Shown: piece after piece, positions 10,317 to 21,170 of the stretch | Numbering within the stretch: the stretch's first letter is position 1 | How the letters are laid out: each line of letters begins with the position of its first letter | NCBI GenBank assembly: GCA_000165345.1 | Contig: CM000436.1 | Coordinates: 704,001 to 768,000, forward strand | Reading direction: 5' to 3' | Length of the DNA stretch: 64,000 nucleotides | Position numbers and translations under genes: made by a program | The notes under the pieces: model-generated | Seen by the model: only the letters and a program-made list of their open reading frames with translations | The model's database searches: none | Told to the model about the DNA's origin: nothing

Positions 10317-10534
10317 TTTTATAAATGATCCAAAAACAAATTCAAATTCATTTCCTAGATTTAATATAATTATTACAACTACTTCACTAATCAAATCAAA
10401 AAGCAAACATATATTTCTGAAAGATTAACAAAATTAATTAGTGATGAAGTTGTCGATATATTTTGAATTTTTATGTTTAGAATGAAGTTAGAAAATTTGT
10501 TAGATTGGAAAACTGCATATTCCCCACATACCGC

Positions 10535-13500
10535 CTAAATTTCAACATTTTTTAGTGTTTCTTTTAAAAATTCAGAGTATGAAATGACACTAAATCTAAA
10601 ATTTGGGTAATCTTTTAGAACTTCCATTGCATCAATAGCAGAATTTTCTCCACCGCAAAGAGCTATGCAACTTGAAGGCATCATATTTGTGGTATTAGGT
10701 AAGAAATGTTTAAGGTACTTGATTGAAACTCTTTTTATATCTTCAACTGTAACTTCAGATATTTTCTTTATAATAAAACTGTCAAACTTTGGAGAAATAC
10801 CAACATTAAGATCAAAATTTAGCTGTTTTGCCCAAGAATTGAATTTTTTGTGCTTTGAAATAAATTTATAAGCAGCGATCCTTTTTGCTTCATCAAGATC
10901 TAGACTGTTATAAAAGCTTTCATAGTAATTAGGTAATTTGTTAGTTTTCTTAATCTCTTCATAAACCTCATTTTCATCCATTGATAACTCTCTGAAAATT
11001 TCCCAAGTCTTGATTAAAGACTGACCAATTGATGTTGATTCATACACACAATTTGAAAACTGACCAGTAGTCATACAAAGATCCAAACTTCCACTATATG
11101 CTAAACCACTGCCCCTAATTGAATCAAAGAGTAGTGAGCAAGGATCCCAAAGATAGTTTGAAAGTACGAGAAGAGCTGGAACATCTGGATTGAAAAAATG
11201 AGATCCTTTTGGGAAGAAAGTACCAAATGTATTTAAATTGATTGACTGAATAAAGCACGCTGTATTTGAGCTTGGAACCTTTAGGTAAATTGAATAGCCA
11301 TATTTTTCAGGTATTCTAAATTTTTGTGAGCTGTTTGAATTAAAGTCTATACCTAGATCCAATGGGAGTGCTCTTGAAAGTATTTCCCATGGAAGTAAAT
11401 TTATGTTGGGGGTGTTCTGTATTTGGTTATTAATTAAGTATTGGCTTTTGTAGTTTTTATTGATAGAAAAATATTTAAATAAATTTATTTTGTTGGCCTC
11501 CTCTTTTCCAATAACAAATAACGAAAACTTTGTGTTACTAGCTGGAATAACTTCTGATTTCCCAAGAGCGAATGGTCTAATAAGAACTGAATGAAGCCTT
11601 TCTAGTTCAACCAAGTAATTTTTTGGTTCTTTTATCAATCTTTTGGAAATATGATCAAAGTTTGGAATATTTGAAATATTAAAAATTGATTGATCGCAGA
11701 AACAAAGAGAGTTCGAAACAGAAGTAATTAAACCTTCTTCACTCAATTTTAGTTCGCTGATTGTTCCTTTGATAGTTCTGGCTATTGTAGAAATTCTTTC
11801 AGCATTCAATCTCATGCCACAAATTCCACTCATAATTAATATTGAGGAAAACTCAGTATATTCTATTGGGGTTGTCCAATTTACTTTAATTTGGTTTGGA
11901 ATTGTATTAGAATCCAAAATCCATCCATCGCTGAATTCTGCATAGTAATCGATACAAAAAGTATTTAAAAGTTTATCAAAATCATCGAAGTTAATTAGTT
12001 CTCCGTCTGACCAATTAACATCAGGTAGGAAGACTTTTGACTCTCTCAATTTTGAATATTTTTCAGAAATTTGTGGGCCAATTAAATTTATAACTTTAAC
12101 AGATGTTTGAAATAATAATTCTACTAGAAGGGATGAAAGTAGTTTTTCAGTGTTAGATAGATTTTCGTTCAAATTAATCCTCAGTTGTGCGTGTACAAAC
12201 TCAGTATTTGAGTTTTCTAAAAAAAAGTACAAACAATTATCTATTGTTTGTGATTCTAAGTCATGGTCCATATTTAACTTTTTAAATATTATGTCGCTCC
12301 CTTCATTAATCTCTGCTAGTTTGGCTTCTGAGTAATTCACATTTGTGGTAATATTTGCTTTATTAAGACCAATACAGTTTAAATCGAAAGATATATTAAA
12401 ATTATTAAGTATTTCGAGACTAATAGCACGTTTTTTATTATTTATTATGGACTCCTCCAACTTCGCCTTACAAATCTGAAAAAAACGTTTACCTTTCTTA
12501 CTTATTCTTTCTTTTCTTTCTTCCTTGAATCTCTTTGTCATTTCTTTTGATAATTTTTTGCTTGGAACAAATTCAAGTATGTTCATTTTTTGTAAACAAA
12601 AGGCTTTGTTAAAAAGCGTTTTCCAATATTCTAATCCCTCTGAAAGTAATTTTTTGAGAATAAAATGCAGATTACAGTATTCGGTGAGATCATCCATATT
12701 ATTAATTCCATAGTTAATAAAACCAGATAGCTGGTTAAATACTGTATCAATTGTCTTATTTTCCAATGAAACAAGGTGTCCGTAGTATAGACCTTCTATC
12801 TTACATTTTAAGTCATTAATATCAAAACTTCGTTCACCATTGTGGAATTCAGAAATTATTCTCTTAAATAAATCCACTATCTTATTAATCTTTGTTGTTT
12901 CTACCCCATGAAGTAAAATTTGGTGGTACCTATTTTTTTCGCAAACATTTGACATGTCTACATCTGAGCAGTAAGATTTACCTTCTACGAGTTCTTTCAT
13001 CAATGGGGAGTCGTTTCCAATACATAAATAATGCAATAATACGGTAATTGATAACATTTCTTTAAAGTTCGAAAATGCTCCAAATCTCCATGAAAAACTA
13101 ATGGTACTTAAATCCTCTTCTTCGCTAGGGAATGGGATCTCTAGATGCCATGGAAAAGATTGTTCTTTTAAATTTTCATTAAAACAAAGCTTTTTATTTA
13201 ATGGTCTTTGGTTTATTGGGGAATCTGAAATTCGAATTTTCTTACAGGTTTTATGATCATTAACAAGTTCTGCTTCGCTAATAAATTTCCCAATTGTTCC
13301 AAAAATATTATTTATATTAATACTTTCATTCCCATGTATGAAGATTAACATATTATCCAAACTATAAAAGTTTGCATGAAATTCCTTTAGTTCATCTAAT
13401 GAAAGTTTTTGAAGTCCAGTTGTTCGACCAGTGCATGAAAATACACTAGATTGGCTTCCATCATATTTTTCAGTGATTTCATCGTAAAGCTCCCATGTAG

Positions 13501-14140
13501 AGTGAAGCTTGATTTTTTTTTTCTCAGTAGGGCTCTCACATAAAGTATGAAACTTAGAAAGAGTTGTGACAACCTCATCATAGTTTCTCTCGAAAGAAGA
13601 AACTTCTGAATAAACTACTCCATGGTACTCTGCATTTTCATTTAAATGTACGATCTCTGTAAGAAATGATTCTTCCGACAAAATTGGATGAAATAAATGA
13701 TCTAGCCAAACTTCCAACATTCGTAAAAGGCTCCATTCTGTTGTACATTCAAATTCAAATGTAGTCGAATCATCTATAGTGAAAGCATTTGTGTATGGAC
13801 AACACAGTCTGTTAGAGATCTTATCAATGCTATCATTATATGGAAAGCGTTTGCTACCATTAAAAATGACATGCTCTAGCGCATGCGGTATCCCTTTATT
13901 GTTGTTTGGCACAGTTGTAAAACTTAATTTACAGTGAGTAAAAGATGGCCCACAAATAGTAAAAGTCTTCATGAATGCTACAATGACTCCCTTTTGGTGC
14001 TGGTAGAGTTCCAATATTCCAACATTTGAGACTTTGATCGATTTAATAAAAGAGAAGTTATATTTTGTTTCATCTCGAATAAATTCCTCTTTATTTAGGT
14101 CTCCAAGTTTAACTTTAAATAAATTAGCCACTTCATTCAT
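10535..14140 (-). CDS. insulinase-like M16 zinc metallopeptidase (large, 1201 aa)
   Basis: HALEHVIFNGSKRFP contains the inverted zincin HxxEH motif of M16 peptidases; ATG at 14140; size and composition typical of the expanded apicomplexan INS-like family. Confidence 0.85.
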   Translation of the reverse strand: MNEVANLFKVKLGDLNKEEFIRDETKYNFSFIKSIKVSNVGILELYQHQKGVIVAFMKTFTICGPSFTHCKLSFTTVPNNNKGIPHALEHVIFNGSKRFPYNDSIDKISNRLCCPYTNAFTIDDSTTFEFECTTEWSLLRMLEVWLDHLFHPILSEESFLTEIVHLNENAEYHGVVYSEVSSFERNYDEVVTTLSKFHTLCESPTEKKKIKLHSTWELYDEITEKYDGSQSSVFSCTGRTTGLQKLSLDELKEFHANFYSLDNMLIFIHGNESININNIFGTIGKFISEAELVNDHKTCKKIRISDSPINQRPLNKKLCFNENLKEQSFPWHLEIPFPSEEEDLSTISFSWRFGAFSNFKEMLSITVLLHYLCIGNDSPLMKELVEGKSYCSDVDMSNVCEKNRYHQILLHGVETTKINKIVDLFKRIISEFHNGERSFDINDLKCKIEGLYYGHLVSLENKTIDTVFNQLSGFINYGINNMDDLTEYCNLHFILKKLLSEGLEYWKTLFNKAFCLQKMNILEFVPSKKLSKEMTKRFKEERKERISKKGKRFFQICKAKLEESIINNKKRAISLEILNNFNISFDLNCIGLNKANITTNVNYSEAKLAEINEGSDIIFKKLNMDHDLESQTIDNCLYFFLENSNTEFVHAQLRINLNENLSNTEKLLSSLLVELLFQTSVKVINLIGPQISEKYSKLRESKVFLPDVNWSDGELINFDDFDKLLNTFCIDYYAEFSDGWILDSNTIPNQIKVNWTTPIEYTEFSSILIMSGICGMRLNAERISTIARTIKGTISELKLSEEGLITSVSNSLCFCDQSIFNISNIPNFDHISKRLIKEPKNYLVELERLHSVLIRPFALGKSEVIPASNTKFSLFVIGKEEANKINLFKYFSINKNYKSQYLINNQIQNTPNINLLPWEILSRALPLDLGIDFNSNSSQKFRIPEKYGYSIYLKVPSSNTACFIQSINLNTFGTFFPKGSHFFNPDVPALLVLSNYLWDPCSLLFDSIRGSGLAYSGSLDLCMTTGQFSNCVYESTSIGQSLIKTWEIFRELSMDENEVYEEIKKTNKLPNYYESFYNSLDLDEAKRIAAYKFISKHKKFNSWAKQLNFDLNVGISPKFDSFIIKKISEVTVEDIKRVSIKYLKHFLPNTTNMMPSSCIALCGGENSAIDAMEVLKDYPNFRFSVISYSEFLKETLKNVEI

Positions 14141-14221
14141 CGATTATTATTAAACTACAAGAATTTAGGAATAAACTCAAGCAACAAAAATAGTAATTTT
14201 CAAGTCTGTCAAATTGAAATG

Positions 14222-14228
14222 TGGCGCC
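14222..14228. promoter_or_regulatory. GGCGCC box in divergent promoter (insulinase-like gene and SET gene)
   Basis: TGGCGCC in the 250-bp spacer between divergently transcribed genes. Confidence 0.35.
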
Positions 14229-14389
14229 TATTAGTTTGGATAAAATACATATTAACGAGTAGATAACAGTGCTGTGAGTAAATAGAGAATTAAATAAACA
14301 TATTTAAAAGTTTCAAACGATGTAGAAAAGGCGCACCTGTTTATCACACAGTATTTGCAGCATAACCAAAGAATACCGTCGTAGAATAA

Positions 14390-17300
14390 ATGACGGTAGA
14401 AAGTGCTAGGAATTCAAAGAGAAAGGGTGCCAATACTAATTTTAGAGACGGGGAACTTGTTGGAGAGAATAAAAAGAGAAGATGCTCTCATTCCTCATCA
14501 AGCAAGAATTCTAATTTGCAATCTAAAAGAAGGGTTCAGTCAAGATCAAGGAAAAATGAAAGCTGCATGAATGTTTTTGTTCAAGCCGATGACAATAATG
14601 AAACTGAATTAGTTAAACTGAATACAATAGAGATAAAAAATTTAAAGGATGGGTTTAAATATGTAGGTTATAGATGTAGAGTTGCTGTATCCAGACAAAA
14701 AACGAAGGAATTAAAAAACAACTCTCCTAATGCATTCAACTGGGTGGAGGGAATAATTAAATTTTGGGATCCAAAATTTAAGTTATTCTTTATACACTTT
14801 TTGCTTTCACCTTCAATAAATTCATTCAGAAACATTAACAATACTCCCAAACATGAATGGAAATACTTGGCTACTCAAAATAATTCTCCCCCAGCAAATA
14901 CTGATATAAGAAATCTTGTACTTTCACCTTTTGCAATTGATAGAGGCTGGTTTGATCCAAATCCAATAACTATGAAATTATATGGGAGTCTTCCTTTAAA
15001 AGATATCTCTTCTATTTCATTTCAAGACAAAGCGGAACTAACTAAATCTGAAAAATTTTCCAGCGAAGTCTGCACAAGATGTAAATTACCAATAGTTGAG
15101 GAAGAAGTAATTTACTCATGTGAGCTTTGTTCCAGGAAGTTTCATCAAAATTGTGTAAATATGAGCAATACAAGTATACAGGATCTAAAAGATTCAGATA
15201 TTACTACATTGAGACAATACAACTCCCCAAATAACTTGGAATTGTTATTAATTGCAAATGAGCATAACCAATATATCCGTGAAAGAAAAAGACTTTGGAA
15301 GCGTAATTATAATGTATCTCACGATTCTGAAGGAAATTTAAGTTTATATAACAAGTGTTTTAATGATGGGCAACTTCCATATGATCTCGTTGACGTAGAA
15401 GAACTGGAGAGAGCTCTGCCAAATGAAGTAAAAAAAATCATTTTGGAAAATTATAATATGTCTCATACTGGTATAAGAAAATTACTCTCCAAATTGCCCG
15501 ATAAAATGGGTTCTATAATTGGTGATCATCAAGTTAAGCTTTTGTGCAGGAATTACAGATATAACAAAAGAAATAAGTCAATTATGCTCACACAGTCATA
15601 TAAGGAAGAAGACTATTCAAGTACAATCACATCATTGGAATCGACACCTTCAAAAATTTGTTCGAGAAACGAGCCTAGTGTTCAAAAAAGTGATTTAATT
15701 GATGATATTGATTCAAAATCGGTTTTTAATAAGGGCGAATATAATTCCGAATCATCTTTTATTGAAACTATGGAATTGGAAAAAACTGATTTCACAAAAG
15801 ATGAAAATAATCCTATTCAAATATCTATAGACGATGCAAAAGACGAGCAGCTAAAAACAAATGAGTACAAATATAGATGTAAGGACTGTATACCCTGTAT
15901 TTATTGTAAAGAGCCACTATTGCGCATTCCGGTGATTCTTAAACCAAACGAATTACCAAATAGATCGTTGGTATATTCACAAATTCCTACAAAGTTGGAG
16001 GAATTTGTTGTTTGTGGAACTTGTGGGATTTGTTACCATGGTAGCTGCGGAAATTCTTTTGTTCCACCATTGTTATTTGGTGGAAATAATTTCAATTGTT
16101 CCAATTGTTGTAAGTGTATACACTGCGGATATAGAGATAATGGTTTCATGGATTATGCTTCTTGGGACTCAACCTTTTCGAGCTGTATTAGGTGCTGTAA
16201 AGGTTTTGAAAGGGGGCAATTCTGTTCAATTTGCAGAAAAATATGGACATCTTCATGGGAAGGAGAATGGCTCCAATGCGACATTTGCAAGTTTTGGGTC
16301 CACTATGATTGCGATAAGGATTTAAATGAGCCAATAGAATTCTATTCAAATGTTAAAAACCTTTATAACTGTCCAGCATGTAGAAGCAATGATAACTCAG
16401 TTAAATATCAAAGGATTCTGGATCATTTTATTTGTTTGGACAAAAACAAAGACTTTGCCTCAACTCCTCTTCCTTCATACCAAAATTATTGGAAAGTGGT
16501 AAAAATTCCAATGGATATTATGACGGTCACAAACAATTTAGAAAGTAAAAAGTATGATTCAGATGAATATTCATTTATTAGGGATATATTCAGAATAATA
16601 TACAATGCCCAAATATCTCATATGCCTAACCATAGGATTTTCAAACTTGCAGCAAATATTTTAAAGAAAATAACCCATTTATTTAAGCTCTTATTTGGGG
16701 AAAATTTATTGTTGAGATTTTTCAACGTTATAAAAAAAGAGGAATCTTCGATGTCAATTTTGGTAGAACAAATAGATACTAATGATCTTAGAAGTAAAAT
16801 AGGCGATGAAATATTTGAAAATACAAATTCAAATATAAATGTTAAGCTTTCCCAAGATTATAGAGCTAACAATTTATCATGTGAGAACAACGTTGAAAAT
16901 GAGCTCGCTATTGATCTAGCCGAAGCTGTGTTAAATCATACAAAGCTGAACTTAGATATTAGCGGTAACTTGAGAAATACAATATCCAGAAAGCAATTTT
17001 CATGCTTAAAGGGCGATAATAATCTGAATTCAGTATTTGGAAAGCTCTTTGCTGAATTTAAGAAGTGCACAATTTGCCAACAAAAAAGTGATGAACTCCT
17101 TCATTGCTTAAAATGCGGAGTAAATATCCACTCTAAGTGTTCAGAAGTAGTAAATGGTTCATTTGTTTGCAACTCATGTACAGCTTGTCATATTTGTTCT
17201 GAGCTAATGGCTGATTCAAGTATACCAGTTATTTCATGTTATACATGCAATAAAAGAGTACATTATACATGTATTTGGCAGGATTATGAGAGGTTTATAG

Positions 17301-20300
17301 AGCAATCAAAATATTCAGACATACCTTCAAGGAATAAGAAAAGAAATGAAGGTGGGTATAATTTTGCTAATTTATCCGGAAATTTGAAAGATAATAGGGA
17401 TTATATCTGTCTTTGGAAAATTATTTCTTCCACTGCATCTCCAAACAAATCTAAAGTTTTGATTAATTCTCCGCTTACAGCAGTTTTTGGCAAAGGGTAT
17501 TATCAATATTTGATCAATGAGATTTATTTATGCACAGAATGCTTTGAAGCAAAGAGATATTTACATTCGAATCTGTTTATGCAGAAGTACGCAAATGAAT
17601 ACAACAGATTCTTATTTACTAAGGTGGTAGAGTTCCAAAAGTTGATTGACGAAATCATTACAAAAGATTTTTCAGAAATATATTTTAGTGAGGGAACAAA
17701 AGAAAGAGAAATAAATAAAATTTTAGAGACAATTTCAAGGGTAGAGTTGAAGCCTTTTGATATGTCTTTCAAAGAAGAAAATATTATCATTTGTAATTTA
17801 TGCTCTGATCGCTTTTATTGCAAAGATTTTGAGGATCTAGTTGAAATTGCGAATGATAACGCTATTTGTTCGGTTTCCCTCAATTACATTTGTAATAACT
17901 GTAATAAATTGTCAAATAAGATTTCAAAAAATCAATACTATAAGAAAAATGTTGAATTACCACAAGCAAACATTATTACAATGGCACAAGAAAGCTTGAA
18001 AGAACCAACATATCCAAACAGTAATTTTCCTTTGATTTTAAATACATTGATTTCTGCATCACAATTCAGAGTAACTTTATCTAAGGACGTTGATCTACTT
18101 CTAAGAGTCATTTTGAGCCCTTTTCTTGATCAATCAATCTCAGTTATAAAGAAGTATGAATTGTACTTAGAAATTGATAAAGAAAATATTAGAAGCGACA
18201 TAATTAATAAGTATTTCAATTCTGTATATTTTGCAAGAATAATAAAACAGACTTTACAATCTTCTTTATTACAATGGTTTCTGTTTTATATCCACCAAAA
18301 TGGCTTATTTGATTTTTCCAACTTGAGAAAAGACTATCTTCAACACTTTTACAAACAAAATAATGTAAGCTTGGATGATTTGATTCAAAACAACACTATA
18401 TCCGTAATTATTGCCTCTATTGAAAAGATGGTCCTTTCTAACGACTTGAATAGTAAAACTAACCAAAATAAATTGATTAAAAATAATCTGTACGATCCAG
18501 ATTACTTGTCTTTTCTAGGATTATATTCAAATTTATTATTTCCAGCAAGTAATTTTCAGATGTTTGGATTAGGGAACTTAAACTTGATGAATTACCAAGC
18601 TATAATTGATACAAAAATGTACCTTGAAATTAATGATTCTTTTAAAGAATATGTATTGAATTACCAAAACTCGCAAAGAAATTCTATTTTAGTTACTAAA
18701 CATAAAGCTTTGAAGGATGAAATAACGCAAGGATTAACTCTAATAAAAGACCAAATAGAAATGGACAAACAAGAATTTAAATTACCTAAATTATCATTTT
18801 TTGTATTAATTTATAGCTTCATTCTAAGCAAATTAAGCAAAATAGATGATAATTTCAGCGGTGTCGATTCTAATAGATGTAAATATTGTGGAAGGAGCCA
18901 AAACTTATTACTTGGGGATCAGTTGATTAATGTTCTTGAAAATGTTGCTCTACACAAAGAATGCGTATTATGGTCTCTCCCATTTGTTTTAGAACCAATT
19001 TTAAATAATTTAGATATGGGTTATGAGTCAAAGTTTGAAACAAATAAAAAAAAAAGTGAGATTTATTCACCTAAGTACCCCACTTTCGGAAGTATTTCTT
19101 GGCCAATTCTCAGGAAACCAATTCACGTAGATATCAATGACATTATAATAACATTGAACGATTTAAACGCTCTTAAATGTTTCTTCTGTGGGAATTCGGG
19201 TGCTACCATCAAATGTTCTGGAAATGATAAATGTTTTAAATATTATCATATTGATTGTATTTTTAAAGGTTTTCAAAAGAATAATTTTGAATATTATTCC
19301 AGTTACCAATTTAATAATATATTTCGAGAGGAAAGCAATAGTAATTTAGATTTGAGTATTAGTACAGATAAGGAATCGATGATTCATATTAGATTAAAAT
19401 ATAGAAGAGTTTGGTGTAATGAGTGCTGGGGAATCTACAAAACAATAATTGAGCCAGAAACTAGTTTTTCAGAGGGATTAACTGGCGGAATCTTAAATAC
19501 ATTTGTTAGTATGTTATTGGTCGATATTAAAATTGTAAATAATTTTGAATTTCAAGAGAGATTACAAATAGTTAATAAAAACACAATTATTGATTCGTTT
19601 ATAGAAAAGATAATTACTGTTTTTAGTACAAAGAAAAAATATAACTCAAAGATAAAGACCCTAATTCAGAAATTAAAAAGAATCCGTGATTCTATTCAAT
19701 ATAGCGATTTAAAATTTGAATCAAATATAGTCAATAATTCAATTATTTTATTGGACCCAGGTGTAATTATTGAAAATAAGGATTTCGTAGATGGGAAAGA
19801 AATAATGATTTTCCTTGTTAACTATAGGGCACTTCGAATTTGGAAGAGTTGCAGAATAATAAATAATATATTTGAAATCGACAATGCTCTTTCTTTATAT
19901 CTCTGTTCAACATTTGAGATTAATGGAAGCGTCAGATTTCAAATAGATTGGATCCCAACTACCCATTTCGAAATGAAGAAAGTGAATGAATGGTTGATTA
20001 CAAATGATTTTAAAGATGATGAATTCTGGAGTAAAATTTACATTAATGGAATTTGCCATAAATTATTCGGCATTCCATTGCTTAGAGATATAAATTTGAA
20101 AAATTTATTTAACAGTTTTTCTGAATTACTATGCTCAGAATCTCTTAAAGATGTAAGCCGTAGTACATTTGAATGCATTATTTATCCAAATTATTTATCA
20201 AGTAATTCTTACTTGGACTACTCTAACACAAAAAAAATGCAATTCGTAAGTGATTGTGATGCAAGATCACAAATATTCTTTGGGTTTAGAGAGGAATTCA

Positions 20301-21124
20301 TTTACAGTTTGGTCAAACGTAAAATAGACAGATTCAGTATAAAAAAGCTCATTTCTGTATTTTACTATAGGAAGATATTCGCTGATATAATGCATCCTGA
20401 GTTATGGACTAGTCACAGGCAATATCCTTACCCTGACAAGTTGTCAAAGTATAAAGGATTCGAATTTGAATACTGTAAACTTGGAAGAAATGAAATGAAA
20501 GGAGGCAGAATAAACGAGGATTTATTTACTATCATACATGCAGGCAATAATAAAGATCCTGATAACGTGGAATTGATGAATTCTATTCACCAAAGTTTCC
20601 AAGAGTCATCTAAAAGAAATAAGATTCTGCTGGAGGATATGGGTCCCACAAAGTTATATAGATATTTAGACTCACTTCCTTATGATAAACGCTTAAATAT
20701 CAAGAAATCAAGTATTCATGGATTTGGGCTCTTTGCAAAAGAACTGATTAAAACAGGAGAGCCAATTATTGAATATGTTGGCGAGCTAATACGTAATAGC
20801 GTTGCAGATAAAAGAGAAAGTCTTTATAAGTCAAACGGAAATCGGGATGGGTCATGCTATATGTTTAGGCTAGATGAATCCAGCGTAATAGATGCGACTA
20901 ATATTGGAAATCATGCCAGATTTATGAATCATTGCTGTGATCCAAATTCAATTTGTAAAGTTATAAGTATTGATTCGCAAAACAAGCATATTGTAATATT
21001 CTCCAAAAAAACAATTAATAAGGATGAAGAGATTACTTATGACTATCAGTTCAATGTTGAGGAGGCTTCAGAGAAAATTATATGCCATTGCGGTGCAAGC
21101 AATTGCCTTGGAAGGATGAACTAA
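14390..21124 (+). CDS. SET1/trithorax-type histone-lysine methyltransferase with PHD fingers and a bromodomain
   Basis: C-terminal SET: GFGLFAKELIKTGEPIIEYVGE...NIGNHARFMNHCCDPNSICKVI...EITYDYQF plus post-SET CHCGASNC. Several C4HC3 PHD-type clusters (e.g. CSICRKIWTSSWEGEWLQCDICKFWVHYDC). Bromodomain-like YWKVVKIPMDIMTV...YDSDEYSFIRDIFRIIYNAQISHMPN. Confidence 0.9.
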   Translation: MTVESARNSKRKGANTNFRDGELVGENKKRRCSHSSSSKNSNLQSKRRVQSRSRKNESCMNVFVQADDNNETELVKLNTIEIKNLKDGFKYVGYRCRVAVSRQKTKELKNNSPNAFNWVEGIIKFWDPKFKLFFIHFLLSPSINSFRNINNTPKHEWKYLATQNNSPPANTDIRNLVLSPFAIDRGWFDPNPITMKLYGSLPLKDISSISFQDKAELTKSEKFSSEVCTRCKLPIVEEEVIYSCELCSRKFHQNCVNMSNTSIQDLKDSDITTLRQYNSPNNLELLLIANEHNQYIRERKRLWKRNYNVSHDSEGNLSLYNKCFNDGQLPYDLVDVEELERALPNEVKKIILENYNMSHTGIRKLLSKLPDKMGSIIGDHQVKLLCRNYRYNKRNKSIMLTQSYKEEDYSSTITSLESTPSKICSRNEPSVQKSDLIDDIDSKSVFNKGEYNSESSFIETMELEKTDFTKDENNPIQISIDDAKDEQLKTNEYKYRCKDCIPCIYCKEPLLRIPVILKPNELPNRSLVYSQIPTKLEEFVVCGTCGICYHGSCGNSFVPPLLFGGNNFNCSNCCKCIHCGYRDNGFMDYASWDSTFSSCIRCCKGFERGQFCSICRKIWTSSWEGEWLQCDICKFWVHYDCDKDLNEPIEFYSNVKNLYNCPACRSNDNSVKYQRILDHFICLDKNKDFASTPLPSYQNYWKVVKIPMDIMTVTNNLESKKYDSDEYSFIRDIFRIIYNAQISHMPNHRIFKLAANILKKITHLFKLLFGENLLLRFFNVIKKEESSMSILVEQIDTNDLRSKIGDEIFENTNSNINVKLSQDYRANNLSCENNVENELAIDLAEAVLNHTKLNLDISGNLRNTISRKQFSCLKGDNNLNSVFGKLFAEFKKCTICQQKSDELLHCLKCGVNIHSKCSEVVNGSFVCNSCTACHICSELMADSSIPVISCYTCNKRVHYTCIWQDYERFIEQSKYSDIPSRNKKRNEGGYNFANLSGNLKDNRDYICLWKIISSTASPNKSKVLINSPLTAVFGKGYYQYLINEIYLCTECFEAKRYLHSNLFMQKYANEYNRFLFTKVVEFQKLIDEIITKDFSEIYFSEGTKEREINKILETISRVELKPFDMSFKEENIIICNLCSDRFYCKDFEDLVEIANDNAICSVSLNYICNNCNKLSNKISKNQYYKKNVELPQANIITMAQESLKEPTYPNSNFPLILNTLISASQFRVTLSKDVDLLLRVILSPFLDQSISVIKKYELYLEIDKENIRSDIINKYFNSVYFARIIKQTLQSSLLQWFLFYIHQNGLFDFSNLRKDYLQHFYKQNNVSLDDLIQNNTISVIIASIEKMVLSNDLNSKTNQNKLIKNNLYDPDYLSFLGLYSNLLFPASNFQMFGLGNLNLMNYQAIIDTKMYLEINDSFKEYVLNYQNSQRNSILVTKHKALKDEITQGLTLIKDQIEMDKQEFKLPKLSFFVLIYSFILSKLSKIDDNFSGVDSNRCKYCGRSQNLLLGDQLINVLENVALHKECVLWSLPFVLEPILNNLDMGYESKFETNKKKSEIYSPKYPTFGSISWPILRKPIHVDINDIIITLNDLNALKCFFCGNSGATIKCSGNDKCFKYYHIDCIFKGFQKNNFEYYSSYQFNNIFREESNSNLDLSISTDKESMIHIRLKYRRVWCNECWGIYKTIIEPETSFSEGLTGGILNTFVSMLLVDIKIVNNFEFQERLQIVNKNTIIDSFIEKIITVFSTKKKYNSKIKTLIQKLKRIRDSIQYSDLKFESNIVNNSIILLDPGVIIENKDFVDGKEIMIFLVNYRALRIWKSCRIINNIFEIDNALSLYLCSTFEINGSVRFQIDWIPTTHFEMKKVNEWLITNDFKDDEFWSKIYINGICHKLFGIPLLRDINLKNLFNSFSELLCSESLKDVSRSTFECIIYPNYLSSNSYLDYSNTKKMQFVSDCDARSQIFFGFREEFIYSLVKRKIDRFSIKKLISVFYYRKIFADIMHPELWTSHRQYPYPDKLSKYKGFEFEYCKLGRNEMKGGRINEDLFTIIHAGNNKDPDNVELMNSIHQSFQESSKRNKILLEDMGPTKLYRYLDSLPYDKRLNIKKSSIHGFGLFAKELIKTGEPIIEYVGELIRNSVADKRESLYKSNGNRDGSCYMFRLDESSVIDATNIGNHARFMNHCCDPNSICKVISIDSQNKHIVIFSKKTINKDEEITYDYQFNVEEASEKIICHCGASNCLGRMN

Positions 21125-21170
21125 ATATGGAAAATATTTATTTCTCATAGATTTTCTCAGATATTCAGAA

